Assembly (NCBI GenBank): GCA_001643675.2
Contig: LSRY02000074.1
Coordinates: 47,511-111,510, forward strand
Direction: 5' to 3'
Length of the DNA stretch: 64,000 nt
Source of the DNA: Monocercomonoides exilis PA203
Lineage: Eukaryota; Protista; Preaxostyla
Shown: one piece after another, positions 30,300-41,537 of the stretch
Numbering within the stretch: position 1 is the stretch's first letter
How the letters are laid out: each line of letters opens with the position of its first letter
Position numbers and translations under genes: made by a program
Notes under the pieces: model-generated
The model's database searches: none
The model's input: the letters and a program-made list of their open reading frames with translations, nothing else
What the model was told of the DNA's origin: nothing

Positions 30300-30960
30300 G
30301 GTGGACGAATTTTTAAAAGAAGATTGATAGAAGAAGTTTTCTCATGAAAACACAAAAAAGTGTGGAGTTGAGGTGTACATTCTTGTCGGCTGCAGAAAAG
30401 AGGGAAGAGGATGCAGTGAGGGATCTGTCGAGAGGAGAAGAGGGAAGAGTGTGCAGATGCAAAGGAAGAGTGAAAAGAAATATTGCAGAAGGTGAGGATG
30501 CAGTTGTTGAGAAAAGCGACAATAGCAATGAGAAAGTTGTGGCGAAGAAAACAAGTACAAGATTTCCCGAGGTTAAACGAATTGGATGAAAGCAAGGGAG
30601 ATCGGTGTATCGAAGGAGGAGGCGAAGATTCAGAAGGCATTGCAGATGGCGCGGGAGATATGGAGTGCAAATGTGGAGAGTAAAGCGCAGGGGGCAAGCA
30701 GTACTGGTAAGAAGAGGAGTCAGTATATAATTCGACGAATATCTGGTGGGTGTGGAAGAAGGTGATGAAGGGGAGGAGGAGAGATCAAGGACGGGGACGG
30801 TGTTGGTGTGTGAGGAGTCGGAGCAGCTGATGGAGGTGTTTGTGGCGAGGGAAGACTGGGTGAAATCGAGGGAAAAGAGGTGCTCGTTGATTTGGTAGTG
30901 GATGCTGGAGCACTGGAGAAAGGCATCCTCATCCACGAAGGCGTCGTTCAATGCACAGCA
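30300..30960 (-). pseudogene. Second, inverted fragment of the same host family
   Basis: LNDAFVDEDAFLQCSSIHYQINEHLFSLDFTQSSLATNTSISCSD aligns by eye with LNDAFVGKDIFIKCHSIEHQINETLFSLNYNQESLATNNSICGSD at ~26285-26420. Confidence 0.8.
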
Positions 30961-32766
30961 GTGGTTAAAGATAGGGAAATGGATAGAGTATTTTCGAACT
31001 CGGTGCAGTCGACAAACATCTCGCTGCCTCTGACAGTTAAGCCGGAGCAGATGCATTATGTGAGGATTTATGATAATATGCCCAACAGCTACTCCAGGTA
31101 AAATGGAATGAAGTATCTCCTAATATTGTTCAGCCGAATGCCCACTTGCGAGGAAATCGAAGCCCATGTCCTCTTTCACAAATGCCTTGTTGACCATGAT
31201 TGCCCAGAAATACTCACAAGAGAGATCGAGCGAGATGAATCAGCTATGTCCAACTCAAATCCGTTAAGCTTATTGAGAAAGCTCAAGTTTGTACAGAACT
31301 TGATCCTGTTTAAATGGCTTATATCCACCACAGCCTGAAGCATGCTACATATTGTCAACTTCTATTTGTCCTTCCTCGTATCGCATCCAGTTAACATCAC
31401 ATGCACAAGGGCAAACAACCTGATGGCATCAGCTGCATCCAAGAACATTTCGCCACCCAAGCCATGGCTCTGTACCTCACTTCTCATGGATAAGGCGGTA
31501 CACTCTCAAAGGATGAGCCGTTTATCAGCAGGACAGCCCCTGTCGCCAGCTCAGCTGTAACATTACCTCCTTTGGACTTCGTTTGGTTCCTCATTTCCTG
31601 CACTGCCTCGCCTCTTCAAACCCCTGCCATATTCACCTGCCTGCCATCTCAACTCCACTTCGGCACACGCTCAGAAATCAATTTTCTTCATTGAACAGCA
31701 TTGCTGCCTTCATGCTGTATTTATAAAAACAAACTGCATGTCATATTTTATTGCATTTCGAAGTCGCTCGGGATCGGCCTTTCAGAGCTTAATAATATCT
31801 GCCTGATAAATGGTCTTTCCACATCTCAAAGTTTCCAGGTGCAACATAAGTTACGCTGTTGGTATGGCCAGTTGTATTGGAAGCTGCACAAGTGGTAGAA
31901 TGCACCAAAAGCTATCAAACTTCTGACTCAAACGATAAGTCAGAAAGATTTTAATTATCACTTGATGCAGAGTTGTCAGTAAATATAGAAGTTTAGCAAA
32001 CAGGCAGATCAGCTATCGCAGCAAAGCATTGAACGATGTTGAGATCCAGATAACAGAAGGAAGCATAAAAAAAAAGGAAGCGGAAGAAGGATTGTCAGAG
32101 AGGAAGATGAGGGAAAAGAAGTGTGGATGTCTGTAAGGAAGTTGCAAAAACGCTTAGGGAGCTTTTGATTTGTCTGAAGAAAAACTTCCTGAATTGCATA
32201 GATTCTTATCTTAACATTTTTTCTTTAATAATTTTTCCATAACTTTTTTGGATCAAATTTTTAAATCAATATTTTATTGAGAAACATTTGTATATATATA
32301 AAAAAAAGAAACTTTCTATTGCTAATATGATAATGCATTTGTTGTTTAATCATTTTCAATGAAAACTGCTTTTTATATATAGAGTTTATTATAAATAATA
32401 ACTGCTTAAAAAAAAACCAATAAGATTATAATACCTCAATAACCAACAACACCGCATTTCTTTTTAAAAAAATAGTTTTATTTGTCATGAAAATTATACC
32501 AGATATGTTTAATAATCGATTGAACGCGTGTTAAGTTCTCTTTATTAAAGTTTTACAATTTAAATGAAAATTTTTAAATTTTCTTTGAAAACTGAAAAAA
32601 ACAAATATTAAATAATTAATATCTATAAATGAATAATAATAATAATAATATTTTTAGCCGTATTATCGCATAATTTTTCTTAATTTTTTCTTATCAGCCC
32701 AACCCTTAATGAAATATATATTTGATCAAACTTCGGAATTTTTTATGATATCAAAAAAAATCACCC

Positions 32767-33596
32767 ATATGTATTCTTTTTTTATTTGATATGTTCTTCC
32801 TCTTCTTGGTATGTGAGCTTTCACATGCGACCACATGCATTCAATAGTTTGTGTGTGAATTTTTCTATTTATTTTATTCACAAAGCTTGTTGAGTGGTTT
32901 ACACTTTGAAGTTTGTAACCTTTTTTTTTCTATAATGTTGTAAGCAGACCACATGTCTGAATTTACAGTTGCTGATTTGTCTATGTTTCTTTCAATAAAT
33001 TTCAAAAGTGACTGTTCATTTCTATTTGGAAGAAATTCAAGTTTGAGTTTCTGTTTCTGTCCTTCTGTTTTTCTTTCTATTGCACCCCAAAGCCATTGCT
33101 GTTCTTTTACTCTTCCCACGTTATTTTTGCTTTTTGAAATAAGAGTTTCGTCCATTTCTATTGTTTTGTTGATGCCTATTTTGTCTGAGCAATTCAGTTC
33201 AAAATAGGCACAAATTCTTCTCATCAATTGATTGAATTTTAAAATTGTTTTATTTGATAAATTTGTTTCTTTTATCGTTTCATTTATCTCGTGCCGATAC
33301 CAGTAATGGTACAACAAGCACATTGTAGAAAATGGTGATATTTTGTGTCCATTAAATATTGTTTTGTAATTCCAAAAATATTCCTTTTTGCATCTCATGC
33401 ATCGAAATGAGTAATTGCTTTTAACAATTCTCCATTTTTTAAGTAACATGTTGACACCGCACTTATGACATTTAATATTTTTGTTCAAAATGCCATATTC
33501 TTCAAACAGTGAAAGGGAATACTCGTCGCTCCCTGATGAATTAATTAAAAACTGTGTAAATGTTGGAAATTTGCTCTTTTCTGATTCCTCTTGCAT
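32767..33596 (-). pseudogene. Merlin B ISXO2-like DDE transposase, 5' part
   Basis: Zn-ribbon CHKC...CMRC, KIG...EMDET, WLWGAIER and NSDMWSAY. After an extra A in the A9 run (32921-32929) the frame continues VNHS...HTQTIECMWSHVK. Confidence 0.9.
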
Positions 33597-33838
33597 GGAT
33601 TTGATGAGTATTCAAAAATTTTAAAAGTTCAAATTTGATTATTTAATTATGTTTTAGATCAAAAATGAAAAAATAAATTATGGGATTTTTGATCAATCAT
33701 AAAAATCGAGTAAATTTTCATGATCGAATTTCGCAATTTCCCTCCTTGAATCGCTCAGTTAAATTATGCAGATTAACGCTATGATATTCAAATTTTGAAA
33801 AAATTCAAACTGAAAGTGGTACAATTTACACCTATGCC

Positions 33839-34446
33839 AAAGAAAATATAACAGATGAAGAAGAAAGAAACAAATGTGGGTCTTTGGTGCAGTGGAGCGA
33901 AAGAAAGATAAAATGGATGAAACAAGGAATTTTTTTGAAATGATTGCGCCAGACAGTTCTGCTTCAACGTTGATTTCTATCATTCAAAAGCACATTCTTC
34001 CGCATTCAACAATAATGTCAGATGAATGGAAGGCATACTCATCTCTTTCTCGTTTAGGATACAATCATCTAACAGTTTGCCATAAGAGAAAATTTTATGA
34101 TGAAGAAACTCATGCACACACAAATACAATCGAAGGATTATGGAGCCATATGAGAAGATTTTTTCCTCCCCATGGCATTCGAGAAAAATATGTAGCTGAT
34201 CAACTTGCTTTTTGGATAATTAATAAGAGAAAGATTGTGAGATTTGAAGAATTTGTATCAAAAATTATTTTCTACACAGAAAAACAAACAGAAGAAGTTG
34301 AAGAAACAGAAGAAACAGAAGAAAATGAAGAAGAAATACCTGAATTAGATGATTTTCTTATTTCTAATGACAGCAAAACAAGTGAAACCGACAATATTGA
34401 AGTAGGCGATGGTTTATCTGCCTCTGAGTATTCAGAAAACTCATAA
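33839..34446 (+). pseudogene. Outer Merlin A transposase, 3' half
   Basis: YNR*RRKKQMWVFGAVER, IMSDEWKAY, HLTVCH and HTNTIEGLWSHMR are canonical IS1595/Merlin motifs. Confidence 0.9.
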
Positions 34447-34976
34447 AGTGAAACTTTTTTTATTATTTTTTATTTTTTATAACTGATTTTTTTTTCATTT
34501 TTTAAAAAATTTTTGACACATTTTCAAAATTTTTGAAATATTAAAATTATGTTTTTACGAACTTTCGCATGTTTTTATTTACTCAAAACATCACAAATGA
34601 TGTTTATAAACTATAAACAAACGAAATATGCAAGAATTAGAAATTGCTGTTAAGTGTGCAATTCAAGATTAAAAACTATCAAGATTTCCACTTTTAATGT
34701 ATGTTTTGAAGAATAAAAAATATCTTTCCACAAATTACTAAACTTTAAACAGTATCAATGTTTTTTCACAAGTATTTATACAATGAAAGATGAAATTCTA
34801 AATTCATTATTCTGTTTTAACTATTCCATTAAAACTTTAATTCATCATATTCACTTTAAAAAATAAAAAGTTTTTTATTCCTCTTCGCTTTGTTTGGATT
34901 GACATTAAATTCAAAACAAACAAAGGACACATATTCAATAAAAAATCAAACTTAAAACTTTAAAAATAACATTCCT

Positions 34977-35822
34977 CTAACATTTTGGAACACCAAGAGT
35001 AACATAAGATTCAATTTCGCAGTGATTTGATCCACGAAGAATCTTGAAGAATCCTTTCTCTCCCCATGCAGGTCCCCAAGAGTTTTGAACAAGCCAGTAT
35101 GGAAGACCATTCTCAACACCCCATCCGCAAAGAAGAACAGCGTGTCCTCCCTCAAAATATCCAGATTTGTGTTGATACACACCGCTTCTGTAGTTCATGA
35201 AATCGGAATATACCATGAATCCGCAAGACAGTGGTCCGTATTCCATCAAAGCTTGCATGATCTCACTTGGTTCAACGCTTTTCCATGATTGCAACTTGTA
35301 TCTGATGATTTGTGATCCATTGTCGCATTTGCTGGGGCATGCAGGAACGCGACCTGATCCAGAAACATATTTAACACATGCCTCTGTTGTGATTCCTGTC
35401 TTCACCAAATATTCTTGAGCTTTTTTCATATCTCCTCCATTGCATGCGCTGTCGGTCTTGTCGCAAGAAACAAGATCCTGAACAGACATTGCTCCACGAG
35501 GGCATCCAGCAATGTTCTGTGCATCGCCCATTGCTTCTGCAACTGAGTGAGCCCAGCAAGATCCGCATGAAGCTTGATCGCGAACTGGGAGAATCTTTCC
35601 TGGCCATTGCTCACGAGCATCAAATTCCGTTGGTTCACTGAGGGACAATGGTTGAACATAAGGCATATGTGGGCCCAACTCAGCTCCTAACATTGCACGG
35701 AATTTGGCAACATTGATAACAGAGCGGGGATACTCTGCTGCAACCCAAGTCGATGTTGGATCGTTATTAATTGTTTCAACAATAGATTCAGCAACTACCG
35801 AAGCAAATAAGAAAAAGAACAT
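34977..35822 (-). CDS. Cathepsin B-like papain-family (C1A) cysteine protease, intronless
   Basis: Signal peptide, propeptide, DQASCGSCWA, GGHAV and QNSWG; 281 aa, no His-containing occluding loop. Confidence 0.95.
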   Translation of the reverse strand: MFFFLFASVVAESIVETINNDPTSTWVAAEYPRSVINVAKFRAMLGAELGPHMPYVQPLSLSEPTEFDAREQWPGKILPVRDQASCGSCWAHSVAEAMGDAQNIAGCPRGAMSVQDLVSCDKTDSACNGGDMKKAQEYLVKTGITTEACVKYVSGSGRVPACPSKCDNGSQIIRYKLQSWKSVEPSEIMQALMEYGPLSCGFMVYSDFMNYRSGVYQHKSGYFEGGHAVLLCGWGVENGLPYWLVQNSWGPAWGEKGFFKILRGSNHCEIESYVTLGVPKC

Positions 35823-36166
35823 GTTTCCTAAAAAATTCTTCTTTTAATTTTGATGCAGAAATGCGGAATTAAGATAACCATATTAAGTTCCATTCATTTT
35901 TTAATTATAGATATGATCAAAGAAAAATTGACTTGAAGCTGCTTATAAAAATATGTTTTTTTGAAAAGAGTTCCATTGATACTCGAATCATTGAGAATTT
36001 TATTTAGAAAATTAAATTAAAATTAAGGAAAAATTATCACATTAAAGAACGTAAAAGTATACTTTTAAACCATTTTGAATGTTTGATTTTAACATTTTTT
36101 TAATAGATTTGTTTAATTATTGCACATTTTCCCCTCAGTTTCAAACTCATTTTTTTTGAATCATGC

Positions 36167-38486
36167 ATGTTGAGCGTAGATATTGATGAACATTTTGGCT
36201 CATACAATACATTCTTTGAAAGCTCAAATACGAGGATAAGAGAATCCATGAGCTATGGAGAGTTTTTGAGCTTAGGGCACAGAATGGACAAGATGGCGAA
36301 CTTGAGTGAAGGGAGAACGTGCTTCAGCGGAGATAGAACGCAGTCGAACGCGAAGGAGTCTTCCACGCCTTTTGGATGGGGAGAGCTCGGGCGCTGGAAC
36401 GCAAAAGAAACACAAACAGAGGATTTTCCTGAACAGAGCAGCTTGCGGAGCGGAGGAACTGAAAAGGATCGACGACTGGGGATGCAAAGCTGGAAGAGTG
36501 CGAAGGAGGCGGCACGGCTGGGCAGCGGAGCAGAACTGCAATGGGAAAGCGGAAGCATCTTCGAAGGGAAGGCAAGGATGGGAGAAAGGATGGATGCCTG
36601 TGGAAAAGGGGAATATGGGAAGAATGAAGCTCAAATGGCAAAGAGAGTCACAGAACTTCAAATGGATGAGAAGGTGGAGAAAGATGAAGATAAAGATAAA
36701 GAAAATGAAAAAGATGATAATGAGGAGGACGAGGAAGCAAGGGAGGCGGGCGAAGTTGTGGAGAGGATTCTGGGGTGGGAGATGCCGCACACGATGCGGG
36801 GGAGGGTGGCAGCGGAGGTGGCAGTGGTGGTTGATGGAAGGAAGCAGAGTGGGCTGAGAGAGGCAGAGCGAGTGGCGCTGGAGGAGAAGTGGAGAGAAGA
36901 GGACAAGAAGATGTTGGATTCACTGGGATGGACAGGAAGAACAGGAAGTGCGGAAGAAGAGGAGGAAGAAGAAGAAGGAACAGAGAGAAGAAGGAGAAGA
37001 AGAAGGAAAAGAAGAAATCAGGCGGAGAATGTTGAGAGAAGAGAGTGGGAGAAGAAGCGAAGGCGGCTGGTTCAGGAGCAGATATTGGAGGCAGAGAAGT
37101 TTGAGAGAGTGTTTGGAGTGTGGGTGCGGAAGAGGTGGGCTGCAGACGAGGCGGAAGAAGAGATGTGGGACAGAGCAGAGGAGAAGCTGAAGGAGAAGAA
37201 GCTGAAGGAGGATGCAGTGATTGGGGAAGTGGAGGAGGCGGGAGAGGCGAACGAGATGGGTGTGGAGAGGAAGTGGAGAGAGAAGTGGAGGGGAGCAACA
37301 GCAGAAGAGCTGGAAAATGGAGTGAGGGAATGCACAGGCAGATGGGCTGGAGAGATTGGGAATGCTGAAGAATACAGCATAGGAAGAAGTGAAAGAGAAA
37401 GAGAAAGAGAAAGAGAGAAGGAAAGAGAGGAGGAGGCGAAAGCGCTGCAGCAGATGTTGAAGGAAGTGAGAAGGAAAGAGGCAGAGGTAGAAGAGGAGAA
37501 AAGGAAGTCAGAAGCAGACAGATATTTTGGAGGGGATAAGAAAGGAGAAGGAGAAGGAGAAGGAGAAGGAGAAGGAGAAGGAGTGGATGTGGATGTGGTG
37601 GTGGCGTTTGGGTGGGCAAGAAGGGGGGTGAGAGGGGTGGAGGAGTTTGTGGAGACGAGGAAGAGCGGAAGAGCGGAGAGCGGTGCAGAGAGAGGAGAAG
37701 GGACGGGAGCGAGAAATGGAAGGAAGGGAAGACAGACAGAGGGAAGAAGCGAAATGGCAGATGGGAAAACGAAGAAAGCGAGTGTTGGGAACAAGAAAGA
37801 AAGCTGTAAGTGCGAATGGGGAAGAAGAAGAAAAGAAGAAGAAGAAGAAGAAGAATCAGAAGGGAGAGAAAGGGAGAGGGAGAGGAAAGAGAAAAGAAAC
37901 ACAAGGAGAGTGGGCAGAGCGAATCAGAGACCCGTTTTGGGACAAATGGAGCAGCACCAATGGCTTTGGAGAGGGCAGTGGACTGGAAGTGCCAGCATAT
38001 GTGTGGGACACAGGAGGAAAGGGAATGAGAATGGGAACAGAATGTGGAGAATGTGGAGAGCACGAGGATGTGAATGGAAATGGAAATGGAAATGGGAACG
38101 AGGAAGATGTGAGATGTGGAGTAGTTGTGCCGCTGTGCGTGTGCAGCGGGAGAAGGAGAAGAAGCAGGCAGATGGAAGAAGAGAGAAGGAGGAGGAGAAA
38201 GAGGTTGGCGTTCGAGCGGGAGAAGGCAAAAGCAGAGCGGCTGAAGAAGTCGCCGCCAGGTGTGTTCTATTTGTGGGTGTATGATGTGATCGACCTCCGA
38301 CTGCGGAAGGCGCGGAAAAGAGGGCCAGGGAAGAGAAAAGGGAAAGGAATGGGAAAGAGGTGGATGGGGTGGAACGAGAAGGAGGACAGTTGGCAGACAG
38401 AGGAGGAGGAGGCAGAAGAAGAGGAGACGAGGAGAAAGAAGGAAGCAGACGCTGCTGAGCGTGGAAGGGCGATTGAGGGACAGTGA
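36167..38486 (+). CDS. Hypothetical charged/low-complexity protein (probable frameshift or intron near 37650-37800)
   Basis: Long purine-rich ORF 36167-38284 overlaps ORF 37647-38486, which carries the more protein-like C-terminus. No recognisable domain. Confidence 0.5.
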
Positions 38487-38716
38487 AAGCACCACTGGAG
38501 ATGAATTGGAGAATGGAAATAAAATGTATTTGTGAAAAGCTTTTTATTGTTTTCTTGGTAATGTTATTCAACTTCACTTCATTTCATTTCACTTCATTTC
38601 AGACCACTTCACCTCAATACATTTCACGCAATTTCTTTCAAGTTTATCCTCAGAAGAAGAAGAAGAAGATAAAAATATAATATTTTTCATTTTTTATTGT
38701 TCCCAGAATAAAAAGC

Positions 38717-41006
38717 ATGGAAATCAGTTTTGGTGTTTTTGCGGTGCTTGTGGGGAGCATTGGGGTGCTGGGGCTGTTTGTGGTGTATCTGTGCGGCGGC
38801 ACGCTGGGGTGCCGGTCGGGGGTGTGGGGGCGAGCGTTCAAGTGGCTGACGTGCGGAAGCTTTGAAAAACGCGCAGAAAGCGCTCCAGCGCCGCCATCGA
38901 AGGATGAGGGGCGGAGAACCTGCGGGAAGATGGTGCACTACTTGGTGGCGGAAAGGAATCCGATTGTTCAGGTGTGTGCCCCGCAGCATTGAAGGAAAAG
39001 ACGAATAAATGGAAGATTTTTATGCTCTTTTTTTGTTTCAATTTTTGCTTCAATTTTTGCTTCAATTGGGTGCGGTGCGTTGGCTGGGCGGGAAGACAGA
39101 TCTTCTATGTTCTTGTTGCAGGAGGGATGATCGGCGGGTGGGCAGTGTTTGTGTGCCCGCACGTGCCGAACTTCTTCTGGGACAGCGTGCAGAAGTATGC
39201 GAGTTGTTTTTCGAGTATTTTTTTGTTTGGGCTGAACTTGCAGGATCTTTGGCTGACTGTGTGGCTCTTGCGGGTGTGAGTGCGTTCTGCGGGCTGTTTG
39301 CTGTGCTGGCGGTTGTCCTGTTTTTCGTGACGTGCTATTCAGACCCAGGGTTTGTGACGGCTGGGAACGTGGAGGACCTGTTCCGGTGCTTCCCGTACGA
39401 TAATGTGATCTACAGCGAAGAGAAGATGTGTCCCGTGTGCAAGCTGCCTCGGTGTGAATCAGCCTTCGACGAAGTCTTTTTTCGTTCATTTTTTCAAATT
39501 AATATTTATAATTGCTTTCTTATTTTTATTTTTATTTTTCATTTCTTTTTCTGGTGGGGCTCGTGGCTGGAACGAGCAGGCCACCGCGGTCGCAGCACTG
39601 CTCAATGTGTGGGAGGTGTGTGTCGAAGCGGGACCACCACTGCCCGTGGTTCAACACATGCATCGGAGAGTGGAACTTCCGGTATTTTCTGCTGTTCCTG
39701 TTTGTGAACGGGGTGGCAGCGATGTGCATGGGAATCAGCAGCATGGGGGTGATTGGGGCGTGGCTGGTGGACCGGCGGCTGTGGGTGCCGGCGAGGCTGC
39801 GGGTGCTGGGGGTGCGGAGCAGCGGGATGGGGTGGAGCAAGCTGCTGCAGATTGTGGTGGGGGAGAAGACGGGGTGTGTGGCGCTTGGGCTCTACGGGAT
39901 CATTCTGGGGCTGTTTGTGTTTGGGTTTCTGGCAGTACAGATTGTGTCGATGGTGACGAACAGGACAACAGCAGAAGAGGGAAAGGTGTGGGGCAGGAAG
40001 AATGGAGAGAGGGATAGAGAGAGGAAGAGAGTGAGAATCTGAGATGAGTTTTATGTTCATGTTTTTATCTCCGAACAATTGACCCTATTTTTGACATGGA
40101 TTTTGTATGTGCCTGCTTTTCTTTTTCTTTTTTCCCTTTTTCCCCACCTGTCAGATGGATCGGCTGAAGAGCCTGCGGCGAGTGGCAGAGTATCTTTTGT
40201 CTCTGAATGGAGGGAGAACAGCAGCGGCCAAAGAAGAAGAAGAAGATGGTGAAGAAGAAGAAAAGGGAAAAAGAGGAGGGGAAGGAGAAGAGGAAAGATG
40301 GGCTGGGTGGGTGAGCGAGGGGAGGAGGAAGGAGCTGGAGAGTGATGTTGGTGTGGCGCTTGTGAACAAATACTCGAAAGGAGTGTGGGAGAATGCGATG
40401 GAGGTGTGCTTGCCTCTGTCGCTGAGAGAAAGGCCGCCTGTGTTTGGGAAGGGAAGTGCGCTCAACACGTGGGAGGAGGGAGAGGCAGGCAGGGAAGGAG
40501 AGAAAGAGGAGAGAAAAGAGGAGAGAAAAGAAGAGAAGAGCAGCATGCAGAGGACAGAAGAAATGCATTCCCAGTCTTCAACGACTGCAAGAGCAGCCTC
40601 AGCAGAAGAGGAGCAGCCAACCACAGGCAGAAGCAGGGCAAAGAAGGCGGTGCAGTCGAGAGTGTGGACAGGCAGCGCAAGAGACCGGCCACCGCTGCCA
40701 CGAGGGTTTTTGGGGCGGGGTCTTTTCCGGCGAGCGGAAGAGGCGCTGAAAAGAAAGAAGGAAGAGGAAGCAAAGCGAAGAGAAGAGGAAGCGAAAGCGA
40801 AGGAGCTGAGGAGAGGGAGGATGGGGTGGGGCTGGGGCTGGGGCAGGGACAAGGAAGGGAGCGGAAGAGGCGCAAAGGAACAAGAGAAAGGGAAGGAGAA
40901 GGAAGTGATGGAGGGGAAAAGGAAAAGAAGAGAAAAGGGAACAGCAGTGGAGGAGAGGTTGAAAAGGCTGGCCAAAAGCAGAGGAATTGGAAGAAAGGTG
41001 CGATGA
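38717..41006 (+). CDS. DHHC palmitoyltransferase (Swf1/ZDHHC4-like), multi-exon
   Basis: RNPIVQ|[23 protein letters not shown]|[41 protein letters not shown] and [10 protein letters not shown]; TM helices. Confidence 0.92.
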
Positions 41007-41537
41007 GGAACGAGGGGAGGAGAAGGAAGCGTGAATGGAGGACGCAGCTGTGCCGGACGAGATGTTCGAGCAGGGCTTTTCCAGCGAACAGCAAAATGGC
41101 AAATGCCCTGATTGAAAAATTCGGGAAGATGGAAAAGAAGTGAAATAGAAATGTTTCTCAATCATCAATTTGCTTTTTGTTCACGTTTTGTGACCTTTTA
41201 TAATTATTCTTTGTTATTATTATTATTATTATTTTTTGTTTGAGTTGAAGAATTTTAAGCATTAACCGAGCGAGAAGAGAGTGAACACGAAAAAATGAAA
41301 AAATGGAAAAAAAATAAATGGATCTTCTACCCATAGGAAAATAAGAGGAGAGAAGAAAAGAAATGAAACGAGCTGTAGAAGGCGAGGGGAGAGGCTTCGC
41401 AGGGCGGAGAGGGGGCGAGTGATGGGAGAAAAGGATTGTTTTGGGATTGTGAAAAACCGATTTTTCTTTCTTTTTTTTGTGCTGAGGCAACTGCGTGTGC
41501 AACTCAGAATTGAAAAAGCGAGATTGCAGAAAAGAAA

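Larger units (their letters stand above)
28166..32766. mobile_element. 4.6-kb non-autonomous GGGTG...CACCC TIR element carrying host-gene fragments
   Basis: 28-bp TIRs, 26/28 identical (GGGTGATTTTTTTTKAYATCATAAAAAA). 4-bp TSD ATAT at 28162-28165 and 32767-32770, validated by restoration of the transposase frame. No transposase recognised inside. Confidence 0.9.
22361..33838 (-). mobile_element. 11.5-kb Merlin/IS1595-family DNA transposon (element B) with host-gene cargo
   Basis: ~190-bp near-identical TIRs (22361-22550 and 33649-33838) starting GGCATAGGTGTAAATTGTACC. 8-bp TSD AAAGAAAA at 22353-22360 and 33839-33846. Encodes an ISXO2-like DDE transposase. Confidence 0.93.

Noticed and set aside
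32690-32699. CTTATCAGCC resembling the MULE terminus (GGCTGAT)
   Set aside because: Only 7 bp match and no partner end was found.
32874-34446. Two divergent IS1595-like ORFs as a two-transposase system
   Set aside because: A TIR and 8-bp TSD lie between them. The + ORF is the 3' half of an older transposase whose 5' half is at 22030-22360.
34447-34950. Right TIR of outer Merlin A
   Set aside because: No inverted match to sequence upstream of 22030 found by eye; the ends of element A remain undefined.
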